Shown here piece by piece: positions 36,995 through 45,634 of a stretch of DNA of 64,000 nucleotides. Both the position numbers and the translations under genes were made by a program. Position 1 is the stretch's first letter. Every line of letters begins with the position of its first letter. The notes under the pieces are model-generated. The model saw nothing but the letters and a program-made list of their open reading frames with translations, did not search any database and was not told the origin of the DNA. The stretch comes from Bythopirellula sp. (GTDB lineage Bacteria; Planctomycetota; Planctomycetia; Pirellulales; Lacipirellulaceae), in assembly GCA_965216565.1 (NCBI GenBank), contig OZ244170.1, positions 2,016,001-2,080,000 of the forward strand, in the 5' to 3' direction.

Positions 36995-38959
36995 TCAAAT
37001 CAAACCTAAGGTGTCTTCATTCCAACGCACAAATCCCTCGATCGCTTCATACTCGGCCAAGCCCAGTGCGTCGTAGAGTTCCGCAGTGCGGCGGTTGCGA
37101 TCTTCGGCCCGTTGCCAGAATTCTCGCGGATCGGGCCCAGGAAACAAGGCGCGATCCTTCTGCGATTCGTGCTTAAAGATGGCGTTCCGCTTGCGTAGTA
37201 GTTCCATGGGGCTCAGCGGCACAGCCATCTCGATCTGATGCGGGCTCCATTCCTGCCAGGCACCGCGATACAGCCAGACCTGGCACACGGAGTACCAGTC
37301 GTCCTGCTCCACCTCCTTACAGGCCCTGAGGATCGCACTCAAGCACGTACGGTGCGTACCGTGGGGATCTGACAGATCGCCCGCCGTGTAGATCTGGTGG
37401 GGCTTGAGCTTCCGCATGAGATCGACGGTTAGCTGGATGTCTTCTTCGCTCAGCGGCTTTTTCCGCACGCGACCCGTCTCGTAAAAAGGCATATCCATAA
37501 AGTGCAGTCTCTCGCTCGGGACACCGCAAACCGCAGCCCCTGCCTTGGCTTCGCCGCGGCGAATCATTCCCTTAATCGCCTGCACCGCGTCGCTATCTAC
37601 CTGGCCCGGTTGTTTATTCTCCAGCGAGTCTTGGATATCGGAGAGAATCTCACTTGTGCGGTCCGACGACACGTCAAACGCCTTGCTAAACTCACGGAGG
37701 AAATCGGCCTGAAACTCAACATCCTCGTCGAAGACGGCGATATTTCCGGAGGTTTGATAAGCCACGTGGACTTCGTGCCCCTGATCGGCCAGTCGCCCTA
37801 AGGTGCCTCCCATCGAGATCACGTCATCGTCCGGGTGCGGGGAAAATACTAGAACCCTCTTGGGGAAAATATCTTCGTGTTGCTGCGAACGGTCCCCGGG
37901 CTGACGCTCGTGCTCGGGTTTACCCCCCGGCCAACCGGTAATCGTCGACTGCAAATGTCGGAACACCGCCAAATTGATGTCGTAAGCCGAACCGTGACGA
38001 GCCAGCAACTCCTGCAGACCTTCTTCGTTGTAGTCCTCGACAGTCAGCTTCAGCAGTGGCTTTTGCAGCTTCTCACACAGCCAGATTACGGCTTTGCGGG
38101 TGAGGGCATCGTCCCACTGGCAATCACCCAACATCCAGGGGCAACGATAGCGGGTGAGCCGTTCGGCAGCGGCTTCGTCCAGCACGATCTTAGACTGCGG
38201 ATGCTCCTGCAAAAAGCTGGCCGCGATCGCCTTCGAAACTTCGCCTTCCACCGCTTCCGCCACCACAGGTGCCTTGCCTTCGCCAAAGCCCAGCAAGTAG
38301 ATCTGACGGGCACCTAGGATCGTGCCCACCCCCATGGTGATGGCCCGGCGAGGCACGTTCTCTTCTCCGAAAAAGTCACTAGCCGCGTCGCGACGGGTGA
38401 CTTTGTCTAGCGTAATCAGTCTGGTGCGGCTTTCTCGACCCGAACCAGGTTCGTTGAATCCGATATGGCCGGTTCGACCGATGCCCAACAATTGGATATC
38501 GATTCCCCCCGCGTCGTTTATCGCGGCTTCATATTTCCGGCAATATTCATCGACCTCATCTTCATTATACGTGCCGTCGGGGATGTGGACGTTGCTGGGA
38601 TCGATGTCGATATGGTCGAACAGATGCTCCCACATGAACCGCACATAGCTTTGAAGTGCATCGGGCTCCATGGGGAAGTATTCATCCAAGTTGAACGTCA
38701 CCACATTGCTGAAGCTCAATCCCTCTTCCTGGCAGAGTCGCACTAGTTCGTTATAGACCGATACGGGAGTGCTGCCCGTTGCCAGACCGAGCACGCACTT
38801 CTCACCAGCTTCGCTCCGCTTGCGGATGAGGTCGGCAATTTGAGCGGCTACAAACTTGCTCGCATCCCCGGCATGCTGGAAGACGTGGCACGGCACGCGC
38901 TCCGGTTGTTGCGACGACCCTGCAATGCTTGCAAATTCAATACCGTCGTGAGTCTTCAT
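36995..38959 (-). CDS. nagB: Glucosamine-6-phosphate deaminase fused to a PIG-L/LmbE-like deacetylase domain
   Basis: LGLATGSTP, TFNLDEY, LLGIGRTGHIGFNEPGS, AITMGVGTI; C-terminal FSPHPDDDVISMGGT and DPHGTH. Confidence 0.92.
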   Translation of the reverse strand: MKTHDGIEFASIAGSSQQPERVPCHVFQHAGDASKFVAAQIADLIRKRSEAGEKCVLGLATGSTPVSVYNELVRLCQEEGLSFSNVVTFNLDEYFPMEPDALQSYVRFMWEHLFDHIDIDPSNVHIPDGTYNEDEVDEYCRKYEAAINDAGGIDIQLLGIGRTGHIGFNEPGSGRESRTRLITLDKVTRRDAASDFFGEENVPRRAITMGVGTILGARQIYLLGFGEGKAPVVAEAVEGEVSKAIAASFLQEHPQSKIVLDEAAAERLTRYRCPWMLGDCQWDDALTRKAVIWLCEKLQKPLLKLTVEDYNEEGLQELLARHGSAYDINLAVFRHLQSTITGWPGGKPEHERQPGDRSQQHEDIFPKRVLVFSPHPDDDVISMGGTLGRLADQGHEVHVAYQTSGNIAVFDEDVEFQADFLREFSKAFDVSSDRTSEILSDIQDSLENKQPGQVDSDAVQAIKGMIRRGEAKAGAAVCGVPSERLHFMDMPFYETGRVRKKPLSEEDIQLTVDLMRKLKPHQIYTAGDLSDPHGTHRTCLSAILRACKEVEQDDWYSVCQVWLYRGAWQEWSPHQIEMAVPLSPMELLRKRNAIFKHESQKDRALFPGPDPREFWQRAEDRNRRTAELYDALGLAEYEAIEGFVRWNEDTLGLI

Positions 38960-39165
38960 GTTTCAGTTTCCGAGGGGTTCCTATATCGGGAGGCTACTTA
39001 AGAGATGGGCTGCTAGAGACATCTATCGCCAGATGCCACATATACTGAGAATAAACTACTAGCGAGTTCCACACAAACGGTGCAGCGGGGCAGGGTGCGG
39101 TAAATCAGGATAGTTGTCGCGGTCGTTGTGAAGCACGAACCGCTGGAGGCTACGTTTCTGCCTTT

Positions 39166-39192
39166 CGCGCATCCTGCACATGCCAATGCGCA
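39166..39192 (+). promoter_or_regulatory. Operator CGCGCA-N15-TGCGCA between nagB and the isomerase gene
   Basis: 21-bp period. Confidence 0.6.
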
Positions 39193-39259
39193 ACGACAAT
39201 GGTGGTATTTTGTACTGATTAGTCCAAGGCTATCGAGCGTCCCCAGCAGCAGAAATTCA

Positions 39260-40180
39260 ATGCCCTCTCATCAGCCATCGCGTCGCAAGTTTCTACTCAC
39301 ATCCACGGCAGGGGCGCTTGCCCTGACGACGACCCAGCTTAGCCAAGCTGAACCTCAACGGTCGGACAGCCTGCCAGCCGAACTTTCCTCTGTCCGCAAG
39401 AAGCAAAGAATTTTCAAATCCGTGAAATGGGGCATGATCGAATCGGACGCTTCAATAGCGGATAAGTTTGCCAAAATGAAATCCTTAGGTTTCGATGGCA
39501 TCGAACTCGAAAGTCCCGGGCTTTTCGACTGGCATGAAATTCTCGCGGCGAGCGAGCAAACCGGCATGCCAGTCCACGGCGTGGTAAACATGCGGCACTG
39601 GAAAGTACGATTGTCGGCACCCAAAGCAAGTCGTCGCGACGAAGCTCGGGAAACGCTCCTGCAGTGTATTTACGAAACCGCTCGTTTCGGAGGAAGTTCG
39701 GTCCTGCTTGTGCCGGGTAAAGTGACGGGGACGAACGAAACGCACGATCACGTCTGGCAGAGGTCGATCGCAGAAATCCGAAAAGTCCTCCCCCTGGCCA
39801 GTCGACTTGGAATACGGGTCCTCATCGAAAACGTTTGGAATGGCTTCTGCGAATCGCCCGAGGTGTTTCGCGATTACCTCGACGAAATCAATAGCCCGTG
39901 GGTCGGTGCCTACTTCGATATTGGCAATGCTCAGAAATTTGCGCCCAGCGAACACTGGATCGAAACCCTTGGTTCCCGCATCGTCAAACTCGACATCAAA
40001 GGCTGGGGATCCGAATCGGGGTTTTGCAAAATCGGCTCCGGCGATATCAATTGGCCTGCAGTCCGCACCGCTCTGACTCGAATCGGCTTCACCGGTTGGG
40101 CAACTGCCGAAGTCAACGGAGGCGGTTGGGATCGGCTCGCAGAAATTGGTTCCAACATGGATACAGCGTTGGGTCTGTAG
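39260..40180 (+). CDS. Tat-exported sugar phosphate isomerase/epimerase (xylose-isomerase-like TIM barrel)
   Basis: SRRKFLL twin-arginine signal; GFDGIEL, LLVPG, IENVWN, YFDIGN, KLDIK, TAEV. Confidence 0.85.
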   Translation: MPSHQPSRRKFLLTSTAGALALTTTQLSQAEPQRSDSLPAELSSVRKKQRIFKSVKWGMIESDASIADKFAKMKSLGFDGIELESPGLFDWHEILAASEQTGMPVHGVVNMRHWKVRLSAPKASRRDEARETLLQCIYETARFGGSSVLLVPGKVTGTNETHDHVWQRSIAEIRKVLPLASRLGIRVLIENVWNGFCESPEVFRDYLDEINSPWVGAYFDIGNAQKFAPSEHWIETLGSRIVKLDIKGWGSESGFCKIGSGDINWPAVRTALTRIGFTGWATAEVNGGGWDRLAEIGSNMDTALGL

Positions 40181-40203
40181 ACGGCAATGATAAATTCGCC
40201 CGA

Positions 40204-40986
40204 CTAGCGGGTGCGGCGTCTAACCGCCGAAACGAAGCCCAAGATCGCCAGCAAAGCAGCGCTTGGCTCCGGCACGTTCGCAATCCGCTCCGACACCTCG
40301 CCGATCACTTGGTTCCAGGGAAAAAACTGGCCGGGATCACTTCGATTCCAAGGTTGCACCTGGCCGTGAGCCACGAGCCCCGGCAAGTTATATCTGTCGT
40401 TGGAAAAATCATAAGCATCGCCGCTGGGATGCTCTAAGGGAATTGCCGGATAGGCCGTTACAATCCAGGCCAGCAAATCGACGAGCGATCCCAAATTATC
40501 TTCGTTCCAAGTGGACGACTGCCCGGCAAATCCCACCATCTCAATTCCAATCGAACGCGAGTTATAGTACGTCGCATGCCAGGCTCGTTTATCCACGTCG
40601 ACCATCTCGTAAATATCTCCGTTGGGAGCAATCACAAAATGTGCGCTCACCTGCGATGCGGTCGAACGAAAAATATCTAGCGTCCCCGCCAGCGACACCT
40701 CCGTCGTATGCATCACCACACTATCAACCGCCGGCACTGCATTGCTGCGCACTCCAAAGTTTGGACTCGGATCAACAATAGTCGCAGGCTTGGGGATCGG
40801 TGTCGGGCCGGGCGTGTACGTCGGACTGCAACGCCCACCTCGCAAATCGCTACCTAATGTAGATTCGCCGCACACCAATGCGAGCGCAATCGCAGCCAAC
40901 AACCGCCATGTGCATCTTTCGCACAATCTGAAGAATGCTCGCAGGGAATTCGATTCCCACCTGGGCCAAAGACTTTGTTCGTGCAT
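40204..40986 (-). CDS. Amidase_2 (AmpD/T7-lysozyme-like) N-acetylmuramoyl-L-alanine amidase with PEP-CTERM anchor
   Basis: SPNF, VVMHTTE, VSAHFVI, RAWHA, NSRSIGIE, HGQV...RSDPG..FPW; VPEP-TM-RRRTR; start uncertain, may be a downstream TTG. Confidence 0.87.
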   Translation of the reverse strand: MHEQSLWPRWESNSLRAFFRLCERCTWRLLAAIALALVCGESTLGSDLRGGRCSPTYTPGPTPIPKPATIVDPSPNFGVRSNAVPAVDSVVMHTTEVSLAGTLDIFRSTASQVSAHFVIAPNGDIYEMVDVDKRAWHATYYNSRSIGIEMVGFAGQSSTWNEDNLGSLVDLLAWIVTAYPAIPLEHPSGDAYDFSNDRYNLPGLVAHGQVQPWNRSDPGQFFPWNQVIGEVSERIANVPEPSAALLAILGFVSAVRRRTR

Positions 40987-41012
40987 GGAAAGCAACCTTA
41001 AAGTGGGTCCAC

Positions 41013-41080
41013 AAAAAAACGCCAGATTCGTCACGGCACTCCAACTCGAAGTTGGACATTCCGTCACAAATCTGGCGTTT
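41013..41080 (-). terminator. Long hairpin with T tract upstream of the amidase gene
   Basis: Minus strand AAACGCCAGATTTGTGACGG..TCCAAC-TTCGA-GTTGGA..CCGTGACGAATCTGGCGTTT-TTTT. Confidence 0.65.
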
Positions 41081-41178
41081 GTTATTAGGTCGTTACTCTT
41101 GGATAATCTGGCTAGCAGGGCACTCCACGGCGCCTCTTGTTTCCCAGTTATAATCCCGCCTTAACAACGAGTCAACAG

Positions 41179-41217
41179 ATCGAGGGCGGCCCGGCTAACG
41201 CCAAGACCGCCCTCGAT
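41179..41217 (-). terminator. Hairpin just downstream of the DUF4394 gene
   Basis: ATCGAGGGCGG...CCGCCCTCGAT 11-bp stem; weak T tract. Confidence 0.5.
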
Positions 41218-41256
41218 GAATTCGCAAAGCCCCCTCTGAGGGGCCTGAAGGTGTTA

Positions 41257-42183
41257 TTAACGCCGGCGCCTCAAGAATCCGCCAGCCAGCATCAGAGCCA
41301 GGAGTCCTGTGGTTGGCTCTGGAACCTGATTCTGGACCAGGGCAGGGTTGGCAGTCAGATTGGGGACCAGCAACCCGCCATCGATCATGCCTAAATCGCT
41401 TACCGCGCCAGAGTTTAAATTGATGGAGACTAGATGGCTATCGTTCGTAGTTAACCAATCGAGAGATGCGAAAGCCAGATTGTTGCCATTGTTCAGAGCA
41501 ACAATCTCAAAACCTACATCAGCGGTGGTATCGACTCCCAATCCTCCGACAGGAGTGAGCGTTCCAGCGTTGAACGCCTGTAGAACCAATCCATCCGTAC
41601 CAGAATCGATGGCATACTGGGTGGTCCCAATCGTCGATCCGCCCAGGCCACTATTCGTGTAAGCTTCGCCAACAATGTTAGGGTTAGGGGTGCCGCCGAC
41701 ATAGGCGACATCAGTCGCAATTAAGATGTCCGTCGTGTCGACATTCACGGCCAAGTTTTGACCTGTGTTGCTGACGATGCGAAGACTGTTCGAACCACTG
41801 GCATCGGCCGAGGGGTTGAAATCGAATCCAAAATTCGTCCCCGAGAGTCCGCCGGCTGCCGCAAAGTTGGGGTCGGCATTAAAGTTGAAAACTGGCGTTG
41901 CCACGGCCACCCCTGGAGGTGCGGGGTCGATCGTGTAGATGTTGCCAAATTCGCCCAAGGCGTAAAGAACGGCAGTGGTGGGTCGATAGTCGATGCCCCG
42001 AATATCCTCGCCAGGAACCAGTCCAGAAATCGCCTTTCCACTAAGCAGTGTACTCGGTGCGGAAGAATCGAAGGTAATCAATTGATTGTCGTCGGTCACG
42101 CCCGTCAGCAGCGCCGCGTAGCTGCTGGAAGCGACAGCCAGAACAGCGATCGCTGTGAAAATTGTTGTTAATGTCCGTTGCAT
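41257..42183 (-). CDS. DUF4394-domain PEP-CTERM protein
   Basis: GIDYRP...LYAL, FGFDFNP.AD..LRIVSNTGQNL..NVD, AYTNS, YAIDS..D.L, GTLT.VG.LG; VPEP-TM-RRRR. Confidence 0.87.
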   Translation of the reverse strand: MQRTLTTIFTAIAVLAVASSSYAALLTGVTDDNQLITFDSSAPSTLLSGKAISGLVPGEDIRGIDYRPTTAVLYALGEFGNIYTIDPAPPGVAVATPVFNFNADPNFAAAGGLSGTNFGFDFNPSADASGSNSLRIVSNTGQNLAVNVDTTDILIATDVAYVGGTPNPNIVGEAYTNSGLGGSTIGTTQYAIDSGTDGLVLQAFNAGTLTPVGGLGVDTTADVGFEIVALNNGNNLAFASLDWLTTNDSHLVSINLNSGAVSDLGMIDGGLLVPNLTANPALVQNQVPEPTTGLLALMLAGGFLRRRR

Positions 42184-42299
42184 TAGTTCTACTCCGTTTT
42201 CGCAATTAAATAATGAAAAGATATGTATCGATTACTTCCTGATCGACTGCGGAGCAAACAATGCACCCCACCTACCCAGAAATTGTTCCTACCGACAAT

Positions 42300-42326
42300 T
42301 ACGAGAACCGTGCGGACGCGGATGCA
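42300..42326 (-). promoter_or_regulatory. ECF-sigma-type promoter TGCATCC-N16-CGTA
   Basis: Minus strand, ~120 bp upstream of DUF4394; matches the sites at 47362 and 50602. Confidence 0.65.
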
Positions 42327-42540
42327 AAAAATACTTCGAAAACACGCTTCAGCCACGAAAATCCGCCAAGATGCTGTATTCGTGGCAGCTTGGGAGTAGG
42401 CCGCACCGTTTACTGTCGCTTTACAGACAACCCCGCGTAGTTTCAACGAGGTTTGCAAGCAGCGTGTGACAGAATGTCACAGCGAGACTTCAACCAGACT
42501 CGGAGCCCGTCGCGATGGCCAAGCTCAAGTGCGCGAGCAA

Positions 42541-42928
42541 GGGTGCCATGGCCACGCGGAAACTTGCGGCAGTCTTAGCTAACTCGCAGCGTAACGAACA
42601 TGCCCTGGGTGAAGAGACTGAGACAATATCGAACTATCTGCCGTAGGGTGGCGCCGTTAGGCCCACCGATAGTAAAACCACTGCAACAACCGACACGGTG
42701 TGCCGCCGCGCTGCTTTGGCACACCCTATCTTCCTGGCCGGTAAGCGGCCCGCGACTCAACCCGACGATCAGAGCCGGGTGCCATGGCCACGCGAAAACT
42801 TGCGGCAGTCTTACCTGACTCGCAGCGTAACGAACATGCCCACGCGATACCGTAGAAACAGGCAGCGTGGCCATGCGCTTCGACCAGGAAACGTCTGCAG
42901 GCTCTTCTCTAGCGTTGGCATGGCACCC
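42541..42928. repeat. Composite REP/BIME-like repeat block 1 (partial A + B + A)
   Basis: A = GGGTGCCATG(G/C)CCACGC...GCGT(G/T)GGCATGGCACCC (42541-42605 partial, 42777-42928); B = GTAGGGTG...CACCCTA (42643-42729). Confidence 0.9.
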
Positions 42929-43131
42929 TGCTAAATCATGAAATGTCTTGCTTAGAGCTGGGTGATAATTCAGGAGAGAAGGCTATACCCGTACTTGGCC
43001 CTTCTAGTACGCGTTCTCTCTGATTTTTTGCTCTCCAAACTATCGCCACCCTTCCCTCCAGAAGTAAGTCTTTTGTTATACTGTGGGAGACTATCAAGCT
43101 CTACCAATGGTTTTTTTGAGGAGGCGTAGCG

Positions 43132-43917
43132 TTGAGGTACTATCTTGGGCTCGTTCTCTCGCTGTTTGCTGTAGCAGCAGTTTGTGGTCAGGTTTCCGCC
43201 AATACAATTCTGTTTGAGAGCGGTACCCTCGGTCCAACGGGTATTCCATACTCTGAGTTAATCAATCAGAACGTCCCAGGGACTAACGTTCATCCATCGG
43301 TTTTTTCGGGTGTCAGGTTCCAACTCAATAAGCCTGCGCAAACGACTCAGGTGGGAGGCCACTTCGTTAGCGGTATCGGCGGTACGTTTTTTGGTGCGAT
43401 AGTTAAACTAGATGACCAAAATGATTTCCCCAACTCTACCGATCCGAACGCTTTCGAAGCTGAGGTACTTGGCCATACACTACTCAATTTCCCAACATCT
43501 TCCGCTGAGGTGTTTGGCGACCTGGATCTAGAACTCGATCCTGGTTGGTACACACTTGTCTTCGGCAGCGGTATCTTCGGAGCTACGGGTGCTGGAGTTA
43601 CTGTTCGCAATAGCACAGACATTGGCAATCCGACTTACATTGGATTACAACCAGATTCAATTTTTGGCTGGGTCAATAGACTGACTTCTGTCAATCGCAG
43701 GCATGTGGTGAAAGGCCGAATCGTACCAGAACCAACTACAATTTTATCTATGGCATTGTGTTTTCCTTGCTTATCGATCAGAAGACGGTCGCGAAAAAAG
43801 TCGTATGGCAGGGGTGCCATGCCCACGCGCTACACTGGTGAACGACAGCGTGGCCATGCGCTTCGACCAGCAACCGTCCGCATGCTCTTCTCTGGCGTGG
43901 GCATGGCACCCAGCTAG
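43132..43917 (+). CDS. PEP-CTERM protein; C-terminus extended by read-through into repeat A
   Basis: GAGGAGG RBS + TTG; signal peptide; VPEP-TM-RRRSRKK, then repeat-derived GAMPTR...GMAPS. Confidence 0.8.
   Translation: MRYYLGLVLSLFAVAAVCGQVSANTILFESGTLGPTGIPYSELINQNVPGTNVHPSVFSGVRFQLNKPAQTTQVGGHFVSGIGGTFFGAIVKLDDQNDFPNSTDPNAFEAEVLGHTLLNFPTSSAEVFGDLDLELDPGWYTLVFGSGIFGATGAGVTVRNSTDIGNPTYIGLQPDSIFGWVNRLTSVNRRHVVKGRIVPEPTTILSMALCFPCLSIRRRSRKKSYGRGAMPTRYTGERQRGHALRPATVRMLFSGVGMAPS
43812..43911. repeat. REP-like element A (short form)
   Basis: GGGTGCCATGCCCACGC...GCGTGGGCATGGCACCC, perfect 17-bp inverted repeat. Confidence 0.9.
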
Positions 43918-43955
43918 AGCCCCGCCTACCTACTCAATGGCTACGACAATCCCAC

Positions 43956-44345
43956 TCACGACTGAACAGGCTCGTGAAAGTAATAGCACAATTCATCGGG
44001 AGCGACTACAAAGAAGACTTGCAACTTCTCACCGTCGCGCTCATCGATTCGCCAGTTTCCGACTTCCACACCTCGGGATTCCAGTTCTTCTTTCATACGC
44101 TCAATGTTGCTGACCAGAACAGCCGCACCATCCTGCGAGGCATCACCGCCGTTGATTGCGAAGCCCAATCTCGTGCCGTCTCGTTCAAGAATCACTGTTG
44201 GATAAGGGTCGGTGAGTCGTTCCTTCTCAACCATACCGAAGTGCTCGGAGTACCACTTCGATGCAACATCTAGGTCAAGAACCGGAAGAGCAAGAACATC
44301 CTGTTGGAATGGAAAGGCTGCCTTGAATGATTGATTCTCTGGCAT
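43956..44345 (-). CDS. VOC/glyoxalase family protein
   Basis: LPVLDLDVASKWYSEHFG, VSNIE..KEELESRGV, FFVVAPD. Confidence 0.8.
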   Translation of the reverse strand: MPENQSFKAAFPFQQDVLALPVLDLDVASKWYSEHFGMVEKERLTDPYPTVILERDGTRLGFAINGGDASQDGAAVLVSNIERMKEELESRGVEVGNWRIDERDGEKLQVFFVVAPDELCYYFHEPVQS

Positions 44346-44451
44346 GAGGTCCGTTACTCACGATGGCTTGGCATTCGAATGCGGGCAAGCTACCGCTGGC
44401 TTGCTCTAGCAGACACCTTACTGCGGCATCAGACTGCAGACAAGCCAGTGG

Positions 44452-44722
44452 CAAGCTCTTCTCTGGCGTGGGCATGGCACCCTCGGGATTACTGCCCTGA
44501 GCGAAAAGACTTCGACAATGTCGAACTATCTGACGTAGGGTGGCGCCGTTAGGCCCACCGATAGTAAAACCACTGCATCAACCGACACGGTGTGCCGCCG
44601 CGTTGCTTTGGCACACCCTACCTTCAAGTTGTGGTGACTAAGCTCAAGTGTGCGAGCAGGGGTGCCCCTCCTACCTACTGAACGGCTACTACAATCCCAC
44701 TCACGACTGAACAGACTCGTGA
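44452..44722. repeat. Composite repeat block (right half of A + B + duplicated VOC 3' end)
   Basis: 44452-44625 near-identical to 45714-45887; 44670-44722 matches 43925-43977 with 4 mismatches. Confidence 0.88.
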
Positions 44723-44932
44723 GAGGACACTCCTCCGCTGATTCTGTCAACGTAAGCTGGTGCTATTAAACCCCTCGCTTTGCAAGATTTTAGTTCCGTC
44801 CGTACCGAGGGACTGCCGCTTCGTTAGAACCCCTCCTAACTTCTATTTAATGGAGCAACGATTATAATTTAGACAGTCCCTAACATGGCACCGAAGCAAC
44901 AACCAGTCGTGTAAAATCGGATCAGTTTCCAC

Positions 44933-45634
44933 ATGAAATTTTCAAAATCTAAGTTAGCTTTACTCTACTCACTTGCAGTGTTGGTTCACGCACCAAAATC
45001 TGTGGCAGCACCGGTCTACAGCCAGGTGACGCCTATGGATCCAATTGGAGCATTTGCTTCCAATGATTCTTTGGCAACTTCTCAAAGAGTTGCTGACAAC
45101 TTCTTCATTGGTGGAGAGAATCCAATTACAATTCGTTCTGTGCGATTTATTGGTGGTTCAGGTCTAAGTGGCCCTACTCTAGATAACTTCCGCGTTGTCT
45201 TTTTTGACGATGCAGGAGGGAGCCCAGGTGCTCCTCTCTCTGGTGGAGACTTCAGCATCGGTCCTGCTTTCAGCCGTAATCCAACCGGAGGCCAATTGCT
45301 TAACGGTGTGACTGTTCCCCAAGAGTACGTCATTAACCTGCCTAATGACATTACAGTTAACCCTAACAGACCCTACTGGTTTTCTATAACCAATGACATA
45401 TTGCCCGTTTCTGGTTGGGTATGGGCAAGAGCAGAGGGAACATTCGATGAAACCATAGCTTCCGTAACTGATAGTATAGAGACTGGTACATGGAGTACTC
45501 TTGTAAACGGAGGGATGTGGTTTGAACTTAGCGATCACATAGTACCTGAGCCATCGTCACTATCGCTTCTCATAGCGACTTTGATCTTGACCGGGTGGCA
45601 TGGCCACGCGAAGACTTGCGGCAGTCTTACCTGA
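44933..45634 (+). CDS. PEP-CTERM protein; basic tail replaced by repeat A
   Basis: Signal peptide; VADNF, YWFSI; VPEPSSLSLLIATLILTG then repeat-encoded WHGHAKTCGSLT; visibly AT-richer than flanking genes. Confidence 0.8.
   Translation: MKFSKSKLALLYSLAVLVHAPKSVAAPVYSQVTPMDPIGAFASNDSLATSQRVADNFFIGGENPITIRSVRFIGGSGLSGPTLDNFRVVFFDDAGGSPGAPLSGGDFSIGPAFSRNPTGGQLLNGVTVPQEYVINLPNDITVNPNRPYWFSITNDILPVSGWVWARAEGTFDETIASVTDSIETGTWSTLVNGGMWFELSDHIVPEPSSLSLLIATLILTGWHGHAKTCGSLT

Noticed and set aside
40918..40943. Operator pair upstream of the Amidase_2 gene
   Set aside because: TTCGCA/CTCGCA are 20 bp apart, in the opposite orientation to the gene and possibly within coding sequence.
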